Part shown: positions 42,530-54,720 of the stretch, piece by piece
Position numbering within the stretch: position 1 is the first letter of the stretch
How the letters are laid out: every line of letters starts with the position of its first letter
NCBI GenBank assembly: GCA_017499595.2
Contig: CM039003.1
Location: forward strand, 1,984,001-2,048,000
Origin: Psilocybe cubensis
Lineage: Eukaryota
Direction: 5' to 3'
Length of the DNA stretch: 64,000 nt
Position numbers and translations under genes: made by a program
Notes under the pieces: generated by a model
The model's database searches: none
Told to the model about the DNA's origin: nothing
Seen by the model: only the letters and a program-made list of their open reading frames with translations

Positions 42530-42831
42530 ACATCATTCCTATTCTTTGCATTCCTGACCCATTGGACACTTGCACATATCAGCTCCCTCCATAACACACT
42601 CTCCTCATTGTTTGCTTTTTGGACCTATTCTTTTTGCTATCTTTATTCGCAGGCTTAGTTCGATCAACGTCAAATGCTTCGTTCATTTCCAACTTTTAGA
42701 AACCAAGCAAGCTTTGTCAACTGGAATCCTTCTGTTTCCTTCTGATTCTACATAAGTATCTTACACCCCAAGGCACGTAATTCTATATTTGAAGGAATAG
42801 ATGTGTCTATGTTGCATCCGGAAAGGAAACA

Positions 42832-45800
42832 TCAATGCAAGCTTTGAAGTTGCTGTAAGATCTTTATAATCTCGTCTGACGTCAATTTTAGCTTCTCTGG
42901 TGCACTTCCTCCCTTCATGACTTTCTCCAGGATGTCGGGGGAGTCAAGCACACCAAGGAATTCTTCCAGGAAATCACCATCCACAAAACCATATGCTGCA
43001 GTGTCAGAGTCACTAAGTCCTCGGGTGTTCTTAGGTGCCCTGAATCTGGTGTGGCTTTGGTTACCAACACCTGGTAAGGCTGAAGCCAGGTTCCTCTGCA
43101 ACTCGGTGAGATGTAACGACAAAGTGTGATCTTCGACATCGGAGATAACTCCAATCTTCCCAGAGGCAGTGAAGAAGATGACCTCAGGCTTAATCATAGA
43201 CTCCCTGCTTTGTTCTGTTGTTGAAAGTGAACCTAAAAAATGTTGTTAAATTTTCGTTGCCAATTCAAGATTGAATTTATCCATACCGCGGATAAACTTC
43301 GACACCATATCACCAACATGATACAACCCAACAGTCTCCAACATCTTACCTCGAAGGCTATCTACCAATTTGAACAAAACAAAATTAAGGGTATCCTGAG
43401 CAAAGAAGTCAAAAGATGATACGGTTACAGTGTATATGTACTCACATTTGAAGCAATTACATTCGATTCATCCAAAGCTTCCACGCATAGTGGATAAAGA
43501 GGTCCATAATCTCTAGCTTCAGATAATAGCTTGTTGTCTTCAACCTTCAACATAGAGACAGAGCTGATATGATCTCCTGCGACAACACGGTTGTTGAATG
43601 TACCCAAACTTGTTACCAAGTAATTGTGATTCCATTCCGCGAGTTTCTTCAAACTGTATGTTGGTACTGTAACATCTTCTGTGGTAACATCCACGTGATA
43701 CATAACAATCTGAGGAAAGAGAAAAGGGGACCGTCGGAATAAGGCGATGTGACAATGGAGAAAGACCTACAGAAGAATTCACTGCAGCTACTAACTTCCC
43801 GTTGACTATAGAAAGTGCATAAACACATCCTTCGACTTTGGTTGAGGCAAGTAACGACAGCTCTAAAGTCGAGGTTTTGGTTGAATTTGAGGGCGTGTAT
43901 GCTGTGAACACGAGGAGTCGGCCAACCGAGGGTTCGTTTTCTTCAGATTTGTAGATCATAGTTCCGAGGCAGAAGAGGGGTTTCTCTTCTCCTTGAACTT
44001 GTATTCTGAGAGAGGCAACGGAAGTAATTTCTTCGTCAGTATCACAATTGTACCGCCCAAGCTCTAGAATCGGTTAAATATTTGATGAGATTGCAGCCAA
44101 CGATTATTTTCAAATGAGATACAAACCGGAAAGAGTGGTATCATCATATAAGTGGAAAGAGCTTTCATTCGGCTCAATGTTTCCGAGCCTATATGGAACC
44201 GTGCGAGTGCAAGCTACCCCAAACGCTTTCAGGGAAGACTCATGCGTGATTCGGCGGGGATTATATAGACCAAGAGGGAACTATGCGAATGGTAATTAAT
44301 TCCTGAAGATCGATGGTGATCATGGTACACTCACACTTCTAATATGCAATTTGTCGAGATCTTTGATGCATCCTATGAATAATCCAGTAGGAGCAGCAAG
44401 AACCAAAGCCTTTCCAAATGTACCGGTATTAAAGCTAGAGGCCGCAGAAATTGCCTGAAATGTATAATATTAAGTAGATGGTCTTCGCCAAATGAAATTC
44501 AGAGTACCTTTAGCATAATTGCAGAATTGGTTAAACGGTTCTTATCACAAAAGAACACGGTGGCTTGATTTCCAGCAGCAAACACCGTTTTCTTTCCATC
44601 CACTTCGCATGGCGTCAGGTTAACAGGTGCGTTCCCCAGAGAAATGACCTTCAAATCTTGTAAAACGCCTCCTTTCCAATGTAAAGTTGCCACCGACCCA
44701 TTACCAAGACCAGCAAGAAGGTATGGATGATAGTCGGCCCCTTTTGCACTGGTATCGGTACCAAAGTTGTACAAAAGCAAGGAACGAACAACTGCCGGTA
44801 AAGGAGGTGATCTCAGAGGCTGGTCAGTGACCAGACGTCCTTCGCGTAAAGCAAATACTTGAATGACGTTGGAGCCCCAGTACGCCACCGTCAGATAAGT
44901 CGAAAATTTCTTTGTTGGATCCAGTGGCAAGAATGTAATGGCGGAAATTTCAGAGTGCGTTACATGATCCCTAATGAAGCCAACAGGATTATGAACTATC
45001 ATTCTTATAGTGAAAGAGGGCTTACATGAGTTTCCGGAATCGCAAGGCACCAGTCTCTATACAAAGAATCACCAATTTGCCGCCGCTCAACGCTAGTCCA
45101 ACCTGGCTGGAATTGACACTGGCTGATACAATTTCAAGGGGCCTGTTGTCCACTGTGACGATATTTTTGACTTCCCATGAATCCTTTTCGATAAAGGTTT
45201 CCACGGATGGGTCCCATTCAAATAGGAAAGCACCAGTCGGCACAACCTGGACAAATAGACCACTGTCTATATATCCGCCGTTATTGCGCTTGGAAAAGTT
45301 GGCAAACGCTAATGTTGGTAAATTACGTTTGAGACAGAGTGTCGTTTCCTCTTCAAATTTGAGACTCAAGTTTGGTGAATTGTGTATAGAGAACCAGTGT
45401 GTCTCATTCACCGTCGAGGCTAGCAAATGCGTATCATATCTGCAAAACATGATACGTAAGAAAAATGTAAAGAGGTTAAATATAAGAACTAACTGTTGAG
45501 CACGATCGGTACGAGCCGACCAGATACGCGTGATGTTGAGCACTCCTGGGACAAAACCAAGCGCCTTGAAGTCAGCACCATTTCTGACAATATTTATGGC
45601 TCCCGTGTTGGCGAGGCCACTGCATGTTACGATTTGATTCTGTGATTACCAGACGTAAACCGCTCCATTCAACGAAAGAAAACAAACAAAAAGGTATATT
45701 ACCTGGCCAATACCATCAGTATCCACTGAAATAGCATCCAAGATTGGTGAAATGTTCTTGTAAGTCTCCAAGATCTTAATAAAGGAACCTTGGGGCGCTA

Positions 45801-47400
45801 CAACACGTCCTTTCGCATAATCGGGCGCAGAGACACTTTGCTCATCATCTACATCCATCGCACTGTCGTCTGGAAGAGCCTTTTGTTTACCCTTTTTTGA
45901 AGATATTTTGGTTAGATTATCCGGTGTTGTTTTTGCAATTTCAGGAGGAGTAACTAGTGTCGATTGTGGGTTCGAAGTTGTGGGTGTTTCAGAGATGCAT
46001 AGCAGTTGCGAATCGCCAGCATGTGACCCTACGTAGACACTCTGATTAGTTAGGTAGGTCAACGTCGTCGCTTGTGATGTCTGGAGGTACGAGTGAGTAA
46101 AAAACTCTGTTATGTATACTAGTTTTTACCTCTCCAAGTGGGATTAGAATCATCCCCCATTCCTTGATGTTGTCCAAAGAAAGCATGGAAAGCCTGCCGA
46201 AATAATCTCCGATAAGAAAACGAGAAGTGCCATCAACATTGCACCAGCTTTAATGAAGGATTTTATTAGCACAAACCAATCGACGAGCTGTTCAAACGCT
46301 TACGCGGTGATCTCACTCCAAGGCCAATCGACCATGGCTGTGGCCTTTCTTCTGCGATTTGCGCGTTCCATCTCTTTTGTTCTGGCCTTTGAGACTTCAA
46401 CAGCATCGTTACTTTTTTTCTTGGAGTCAAGCCGTTTCAGCTTTCCTCTTTCTTTTTCTTGGCTTTCTTTAGAAGCCAACTCATATAATGCTATTTGTTT
46501 GCCCCCAACTACCAATATACCTCCAAGAAAAGCGTCCTCTGGAATGTCGCCATCCTCTGTTGTGGTGGGTGGTACTGGGATTAGACGAGGGGGAGAATCC
46601 AACGGGGAGGGTACAACTTTATCAGAAATCACTGTTGGTTGCAGTAAAATCGAGAACTGGGCAGAGAGTTCAAAAGCATCGAGATCTATGTCGCGTGCAC
46701 AGAGCTGTAAACGTTCCTGGAAATCAAAATGGAGGATTGCAAGCGCGTATTCATCGTCCAGAGTTGGTAAGAAGGCGTAGGAAAAGACATTGATTTCGGG
46801 TAAACTGTATTACTATTGTTGTCAAAGATACACCATATTGCAAAACCAAGCAGCTACGCACGAAACATCAAAATCTTGCTGGTAATTCCCTCCCTTGAAG
46901 GTGACGATCTTGAGCTTACTTGCATAGCAGCTGACGACCACCAACCTGCCCGACGGATGTACCAGAAAGTCTGTGAAGAACTCGGCAACCCGAGGCAATC
47001 GCTCATACAGAGATATCTGTTTGTTGACAACTAGTTTTCCTTCTCCATTTTCATCTTCTCTGTAGGCTAAGATTATAAGCTCAGGCTCAGGATGAGTAAT
47101 CATTAGTGCGATATTGGAACGCGTATCGTAACCCGAATCCTGTTTGTTGGATATTCAGAAGTCGCGCAATCTGTCTAGAGAAATGCAGCTACTTACAGAA
47201 AGCGGAAGTGCTTTCACAGAGCAGATCTTCCCCCATATGTTGAGGGTGCATTCGTGTTGGAGGCCATGGGGCCTCAGGGAGTAGACACTGAGTTGATTAA
47301 GTTTGGCAACTACCAGGTACTCGAGATCTCTGGAAGCTAGACGGCATTTTACAGATGATACGACGGATGAAGATTGAAGAAAGGTAGAGACGACCTTCAT
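42832..47400 (-). CDS. DDB1: DNA damage-binding protein 1 (Cul4-CRL adaptor, triple beta-propeller)
   Basis: MKVVSTF..SSV, YVGSHAGDSQL, ETYKNISPILD, EPSVGRLLVF, VEGCVYAL, GDHISSVS, ARDYGPL, GFVDGDFLE, C-terminal LQSLH. Confidence 0.92.
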
Positions 47401-47522
47401 AGCATGTATACCCAGAATGCAGGGGATGGGAGTGAATGCGCAAGAAAGGATAGGCTGTCCTTGGACCAAGCCGATGAGACAATCAGACCCCAGGTCCCGG
47501 TCCGGGTAGCCGCGTCATAATA

Positions 47523-48314
47523 TCACAATTCGTATTCAACCGCTGCATTTGCGGCGTACATAGTTCCATCCTCGTTCATAATTACTTCTTCTTCTTCCCC
47601 ATCCTCATCTGCATCTTTCGTAACAAATTTATCTAACATAGTAGTCTTTCCACCAACAGTCGTCTTTGGCTTGGTTCGCTTAGCAGGCGCGTCGGCTGAT
47701 GTCCACAGCATTATTTCTGCAATGCTCTGTGAGATTTCGAATCGCGGTGTAAAATGCAGCTTCCTCACCTTCGAGAAAGAGGAATTCGTCTGCTCTACGT
47801 GCAACAGTTGCTATTTTGACCGCGTTGGTAAATCCCGCAGATCGAATATCCGATAACATTTTCCTTACCGAGGTCTTTATGTTGCACCGTAGACCGCTTT
47901 TCCCGGTGGGCAACATGCTGACTCGCTTCGCATAAACGCTTGATAAATTCTTCCGTGGCAAGCGCAATCAAGAAGGTGGCTTCCTTTGCGACAATTGGGA
48001 TTTCCTACTCACAGAGTTCATATCAGAGAGCAGCGTTGAAAACCAGGTGGAAATAAGTGCGTACAAACCTTGTCAGCCTTGATTATCTTTTGTACCCTTG
48101 AAAATGGGAGGAGGGTTTTCCCTGGTTCTCTTTCTAACTCAACAGCTTCCCTTTTTTCGCGTTTCTTTGGTTGAACTTCAGTGACTGCAACTGGTAATTC
48201 TGTGTCCGATTCTTGTGCCTCTATCTCTTCTTCCTCATCGTATACCAGTTCAGGTTCGGTAGTTTCAATATCTTCCGTTTGAAGTTGCGTTTCTTCTTTG
48301 GCCAAGCTGGACAT
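47523..48314 (-). CDS. H2A-like histone-fold protein (NF-YC/Dpb3/POLE4/CHRAC family)
   Basis: LLPFSRVQKIIKADK/EIPIVAKEATFLIALATEEFIKRL...RSTVQHKDL/ATVARRADEFLFLE. Confidence 0.85.
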
Positions 48315-48907
48315 CTATGGCTGGTTCAATCGAGGAGCACCGTGAACGGTGGTAAAGAAACGCGATGATTTGGCGATGACGGTTGTGACCAATTTGTGAC
48401 AGGTCGCGTTGAATGACTTAAAATGTCACGCATCATAACACTGACCCAACAGACGTGAGTTTGATATTTGTATGCTTAGCTTGCAAAAAACCATCTTAAA
48501 ACCCAAATTGTCATAACCTTGTGTATAGCAATATCACCAAATATATCATATACATATTGTATTTGAATGATACTATCCGTCCTGAAGATTTGAATAAATA
48601 CAAAGCCACCCCTCCTTACATTCTACCCGAAGTATTCTGTCGGGAAAGTCGGCCAACCCTTCGGCGGACGAATAAAACAAGTTGAATCTACCCCAAGTTA
48701 ACCAGAGCATCCTCCGAATTTCTCGGTCGCCATCGGACAGAACATGTGGTCGAGGCTACGTATAACGCGAAAGATCGACATAAAGGTTGATGCGTGAACT
48801 GAGTAAGACCGCATTGAGGCCGCACAAGGACCGCATGCATCCGTGTCGAAAAAATCCTACTAGGTTTGAGTGGTATGAAGAGCAAAATGAACTAAACATA
48901 CAGACAT

Positions 48908-49624
48908 TCACAGACGCGCACGAATACCCTTCAAAAGATCTTTTGCGTCATCTTCATCGAGTTCTTCACGGGCCTCAAATTCCTTTTGGTGCATTTCTCG
49001 ATGAGTTAGGGGTGCTTTGCCGCCAACTGCTTCATCGGTTGCCTCCACTCCACGTCCAGACGAATTAAGTCTCGGTGCTGGAATAATATGGTAGTGTACC
49101 TACAAAGAAAATGTTAGCTATATGGAATTATGATAAAATACGTTCGCGTACTCACATGAGGAACCGCTTGTGCGTATTCCTGGTTGCATACGACGTTCAA
49201 CGCAGTGTTATCCAGTGCTGTTCAACACTAACTTAGGCCCTTTCATGGAATTTGGAGTCACGGAACCTTTTCATACTCACCTTGTGTAAGTGCGTATGCA
49301 ACTTTCGAGACAGCCTCACCGACAGACGAGGCCAGTTCTGAAGGTAGTTCTGACAGACGTGAAATATGAGCCTTAGGAATAACAAGGGTATGGCCTTTTC
49401 TCAAAGGCATGATATCTATGTATTGTGGCAGACCCTTGTCAACATTTGAATCATCGGAGGGTACAACAGAACTCACCAAGGATTGCTATAACCTTATCAT
49501 TCTCGTAGACTTTGGATGCAGGCAATTCGCCCCTAATTATGCGACAGAAAGCACACTCGGGATCTTCTTTCCATGTTGAATGAGGAGGTCGGTCTTCATG
49601 GGCTTTGATTATGAACGAGGTCAT
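48908..49624 (-). CDS. HNT1: HIT (histidine triad) nucleotide hydrolase, Hint/Hnt1-like
   Basis: CAFCRII, DIMPLRKGHTLVIPKAH, QAVPH/VHYHIIP triad. Confidence 0.88.
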
Positions 49625-49841
49625 ATTGACGTGGTTTTGCAAGAAGAAGAGCCAATTTCACGCGCAATGAAGCCATGGTGGCCGTGAGGAGAAATTCAGT
49701 GAGCCTGCATAACGGCAAATACCGCATGACGGTATCTGTTTGTATAGTTTAAGTATAGTCCCAAGTTCAGCCGACTGCACTTGGCTTTACAACTAAGAGT
49801 TGATATAATAATTAACTCGAATTCTGATACATAGCCATACA

Positions 49842-51113
49842 TTATTTCATTAATAGATTCAGCGTCAAGCTGCTTAGAATGCCTAGTGCGAAAGCTCCAG
49901 CGCCAACAGCGGCGACCTCCAATTGCCGCCTGGTAAGCGGAAGGTATTCAAGGCCAACGAAAGGACGCGTCTCCAAGTCGCTCGTGTTTGATTCTCTTTC
50001 CATTGTTGTCGGTATTGACGGTTTCTCTACAGGCTCTGACAAGGGTAGCTGTGATAACTCGTCTTTCAGCGACCCAATTAAGTTCACTTGCTGCTCGATT
50101 TGTTGAGCAATTGACAACACAGCCGCGTCCACCTTAGCCGCATTCTCTTCACTGAGCTCTTCGATCTTCCGTTCGAACGTCTGTGCCAACCGCCGACGCT
50201 TCCATGGCTCAACAACAACAATAGCCATAATGAAAACGAGCATATTCAATCCGAGCGCTGCAAGTGACCCGTACGTCGACGCACTGCGGATTTTGTCGGA
50301 CCACACTTGTTCTTCGTGGTACCGTGCAAGGATTGTGCGCAATAGGTTGCTGAATTCACGGTCCACTACATTTTCTGTCTCTTCTACCGCTGCCTTGGCG
50401 CGTGCTTCTTCTTGCTCGTATAGGTGATCCTGCTTCACGAGTGTCGTAAAGTGGCCAACGTCGCTATCTTTCCATGTAGATTTCCTCTGTAACAGGTCAT
50501 TCACTTCGCGTTGAGAGTTTGTTCTTTGAACGACGGCTTCTTCATAGGCAAGCTTTGCCTTTCGAGCAGACTCCCGAGCAACGTGTATTCGTTCCTCTAC
50601 ACAATTAGTTCAGCCAACAAATCCAAAAATCACAAATAAATAAGACAAATTCTTACCATGCTCAACAACACTCCGTTTCAAAGCTTCAATTTCTTCATAG
50701 CCAGTGACCCTATTGATTTCCGACCCAAGCTGGGAGAACCTGGTTTTTGTGTGTGCGGTGAAGTCATCCGCTCGATTACGGAGAGCGATCGCAGCCTGCT
50801 CCGACCACTCCCGGATGCGCGTTTTAACTAGCTCTAAGTCATACTTTGACAAAGTCGAATCTGTCGTTGTAGTTTTGGTTTGAGAGGACTCAAATGCTTC
50901 AGAGGCCTTGGCGTCCGATGGGATTTGCAATGGTGTATGTTCCCTCCTCAAAGTCTGTGCCGATTGAGAAGGTCCAGGTTCCGGGACATTCGCGTCTGCT
51001 TGTGCTTTCGCATCCTGAGGTTGTGGCAGGTGGTCTATTATCGGCCTTTGGGCATTCCGGAGAGCAGAGGAAGTGGAGAACTGGCGTCTCAAGGTAAAAG
51101 ATGACCTCAACAT
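49842..51113 (-). CDS. SHE9: She9/Mdm33 mitochondrial inner-membrane protein
   Basis: Presequence MLRSSFTLRRQFS; NRVTGYEEIEALK, SQREVNDLLQRKSTW, ILARYHEEQVWSDKIRSASTYG, VVEPWKRRRL. Confidence 0.94.
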
Positions 51114-51430
51114 AGCAAATGAGGCAACACACGAGCAAATTGCAGTTGTGGGAACTTCCGGGGACGCGGGCGTGCACTTGCTTATTGACGAGAGCATAAG
51201 CCATGCCGAAATCCGAGAGGGTTGTGCAAGCCTCAAAAAATGTGGATTGTTCAGATAATTTGATTCAAGTACTATAGAATGTATTGAATGTATATAATGC
51301 TGCAGTCGTCAATAGCACAAGAGAATTCCCGAGATAAAAGATATAAGGAAACATCGCGGCGGGAGGGATGAGGAGGGTAAGGGAAAGGACATTACAGAGA
51401 GAGTAAAAATTCTAATGGGGTCTAAACAGA

Positions 51431-53788
51431 TTAACTCCAGACATCCAACATGAGCCTTGATCTCTCCTTCAATAGCTTAACTTCAGCGACACCCTCAACA
51501 GGGCCAGATCCACCCTTGGCCTCTCCCAAGATTTTGGCTAACACCTCCTCGACCTGCTTGCTCATGCTCTTCGCCTCACCACAGATATACACGTAACCTT
51601 TGCCATTGAGAATAGCGTCAGCAATGTGCTCCCTGTCTTCCCAAATGAGATCCTGGACGTAAATCTTGCTTCCATCAGGCTTGTAGTTCTGTCGAGAGAA
51701 GGCGCAGTGAAGTTTGAATTTGCCCTTGAGTTCAGCCTCGTATTGTGGCCATTCGTCCTTGTACAAGAAATCTTCATCCGATCGGCGGCAACCGTAGAAC
51801 AGAGAGATGCGACCCCAGTCAGCAAGTGAATCAGGTCCGTTCTTCTCAATGGAGCGGCGGGCAAGGGCAACACGTTCTTGCACAAATCCACGGAAAGGAG
51901 CAACTCCCTGAGAAAGAGGCATTAATAAAAGCGAAAAAAATGTCAAGGCAAACACATTAACTTACAGTTCCAGGACCGATCATGATAACAGGGCTCTTGG
52001 GGTTAGTGGGAAGTCTGAAGGTCGAGCGCCTAACATGGATGGGGGCCTTGTAGAAAGTCTCAGTCTTGTACGAGCCACGAGGTCCTGCAATAAGGTATTC
52101 CGGAACGCCAACACGTTGTTCACCGTTCTGAGTGATGTAAGGTACGGGCTCCTTGTTGACGGCATACTTGAGGTTAAGTAAGAAGTTGGATCCAACACCG
52201 TATACCCATTTACGAGGAATTGGCTCGGTGGGAACGTTCTCGTACTTGAGGACAACAACGGTAGCGTGGATAGTGTTGGGGTGGATTTTGGGGCTCGAGG
52301 AAATGGAGTAGTACCGGGGTTGAAGACGGGGAATGGCAGAGACGATGATATCAAAGGGTATAGGCCACTTGGTGGTATTGGCAGTAGTAGGTGGGACAGT
52401 GATATCGTTACCAGTAGCGATTTGGAGAATTTCGCCCAACTTGAGGCATCCATTAGCGACAACGTTGTGGTATTCTTCCTTGTTGGTATTGAGATTCCTG
52501 AGGAAAGCCTCGGCCTCCGGAGTAGGAGCGAACTTCGACAATGTCCCAAGAATTTGACGACCAGCAACAGCGCTGATGTCGATGTAGTGGCGAAGGACAG
52601 CACCGTAGGTAGTAGGGACAGGGAATGGTACCTTGGCCAGAGCGGGATCGAGAGATTCGATGCTGATAACAGCGTCGCGCTTTTCGGTCAATCCCAGAAC
52701 GCACAGGAGACGCTCCACTTCGACATCCGGGTTCAAGGGCCAAAGACCGACGTGGTCACCATGTTGGTACGTAATGCCAGAGCCTTCAATGTTGAATTCG
52801 ACATGGACACAGTTCCTGTCGACAACAGACTGGAAAAGTTCACGGGCGACAGTGATAGGTGCAGCGAAGGGGTTCTTGGCGTCATGGATTCCTTTGGTCT
52901 TTGTAAGAGCGCGAGCCGAGAATTCACCTGTTGTCGTCCCATCACATTAGAAATACTTTGGATTGAAAATACAAGATGACTTGCCTTGGTAAACCTTCTC
53001 GGGAGGATGAGACTCGAGTTCCGAAACAACGAAGTCGGCAGAGTCGCCGCCCTGTCCCTCTTCGACACCCATGGCAGTAGCGAAAGCCTCCCACATACCG
53101 TCCTTCCATTCAAGGTAATCCTCCTCCATGCTCTTATCATCGTCACCTTCACCGCGTTCGCCGATACGGATAGCTCCCATCTTGGCGAGTTGAGCGTCAA
53201 CAGTGCGTCCAATAAGATTGTAGTGCTCGTAAGTTTTGTTCCCAAGACCAAAGACGACATATTTGAGGCCACTCAATTTGCGCTCTCCACTGCTGAACTC
53301 GAAAGACTCGTCTTGCAAGTTCTGCAAAAGCTGGACGGCGTTGTCGGTAGGTTCTCCCTCACCATAGGTGGCAACGACGAAGAAAGCGATGGAGTCCTCT
53401 GGCAGTTGGTCAAGTTTCTCAAAGTCGTATTCCTCTGGATCGCACACAAGGGACGCCAAACCAAACTTCTGCTTAGCCTCCTTTGCGAGACGAATGGCAT
53501 ACTCTTCTGCAGTACCCGTCTGAGAACCGTAAAAAATGACAATGCGCTTTTTCTGAAGAGCGGGAGTTAAAAGACTGATATTTGGCAAGGAAATCTACGG
53601 TAACTTACACCCTGCTTCATCTTTGCGATGAAGTCGCGAGGGTTGGCAGAGCCATTGGCGGGTTTGGTGGTGGATACTGGGGCGACCTTTGGTTTGGACG
53701 CAGCGAAAAGCTGGTCGCGGAATATATAAAGGGCAGCGAGGACGACACCCAAGCCCAAGACGAAAACGTCTGAGGAAGAGGAGGCCAT
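51431..53788 (-). CDS. NCP1: NADPH-cytochrome P450 reductase (CPR)
   Basis: N-terminal anchor, FYGSQTGTAE, ATYGEGEPTDNA, FGLGNKTYEHYN, LQPRYYSISSS, MIGPGT/GVAPFRGF, YVYICG, terminal DVWS. Confidence 0.97.
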
Positions 53789-54720
53789 TGAGACCACAGC
53801 TAGAGGATGTAGTGCTGAAGAGAAGGTGGTACGATTAGGGTCGGTCATTAGGTAGAAATTAAGTGGGGAAAGAATACCTAAAGGCGAAACCGACTAGCTT
53901 GCTTTATACAAGACTAGGTGGCAGAGTATAACCTTGACCGACGGGTGAAGGAAAGAGAGGTAGAAGGGGTGGTGATGGGAATAGAGAAGTTGGACGTGGC
54001 TACTCGGAACCCAATCGGGCTCGGTTCCTCTTTTTCACTCACCGCCACATGTTTGGCCCCCGAGAAATTAGCTCTCATCCGACTCTGAAGGACCGAGGTT
54101 GTCGACATCTTCCCAGCAGCGATTCCCTTTGTAATACACATTACAAGTCTTCAAGGACTACTAATCTTACCCAGCTTTGTACTTTAACAATCTTTCGTAT
54201 GTAGGATATTTCTCTCATACAACATCGCACGACAATTCTACTCCGATATTATTCTAGAACCTCTTGTCTGTACATAAGCAGCTAACATCCCAGAGTAAAT
54301 GAGCATGATGATTTCATTGTTGCGGTAACCTGAGTAGAACTTGAAACGCAAAGAATCACATAAATGGTATACGCCATATTTGTGCCAATATCACCTGCTC
54401 CTCCATAGAATTTTCTGTACCATACATGTTCAAGCCACTGGAAAAGAGCGTCCTATTGACATCATCCCATGAGCGACGGAGTCGAACGCCGTCAATAAAC
54501 GGACGTCCCGCGATTGACATTTGCATCTAATACTGGCAACTCATCCTCCTAACGTTCAAGGAATGTAATGCTGACAAGGTTCGGCTGACCTTGGTTCCAT
54601 TCGCCGTTTATCCAGTTACTTACTATCAGATATGCCCACACGCACCAGGGAAGAGACGCTCAGGATATAAAAAGGGGCTGGATGAGCCCGAAAGACCCTG
54701 ATAGACCTACTCGGGCTCGC

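Noticed and set aside
48641-48760. GGGAAAGTCGG resembling RNase P/MRP CR-I
   Set aside because: No matching CR-V that can form the P4 helix at a suitable distance.
51562-53773. Long antisense and alternative-frame ORFs over CPR (e.g. 52266-52979, 52986-53570)
   Set aside because: Shadow ORFs caused by strong codon bias of the real gene.
54470-54560. tRNA gene or U3 snoRNA
   Set aside because: The T-arm has two extra bases with no D/anticodon arms or acceptor stem; U3 box A is absent.
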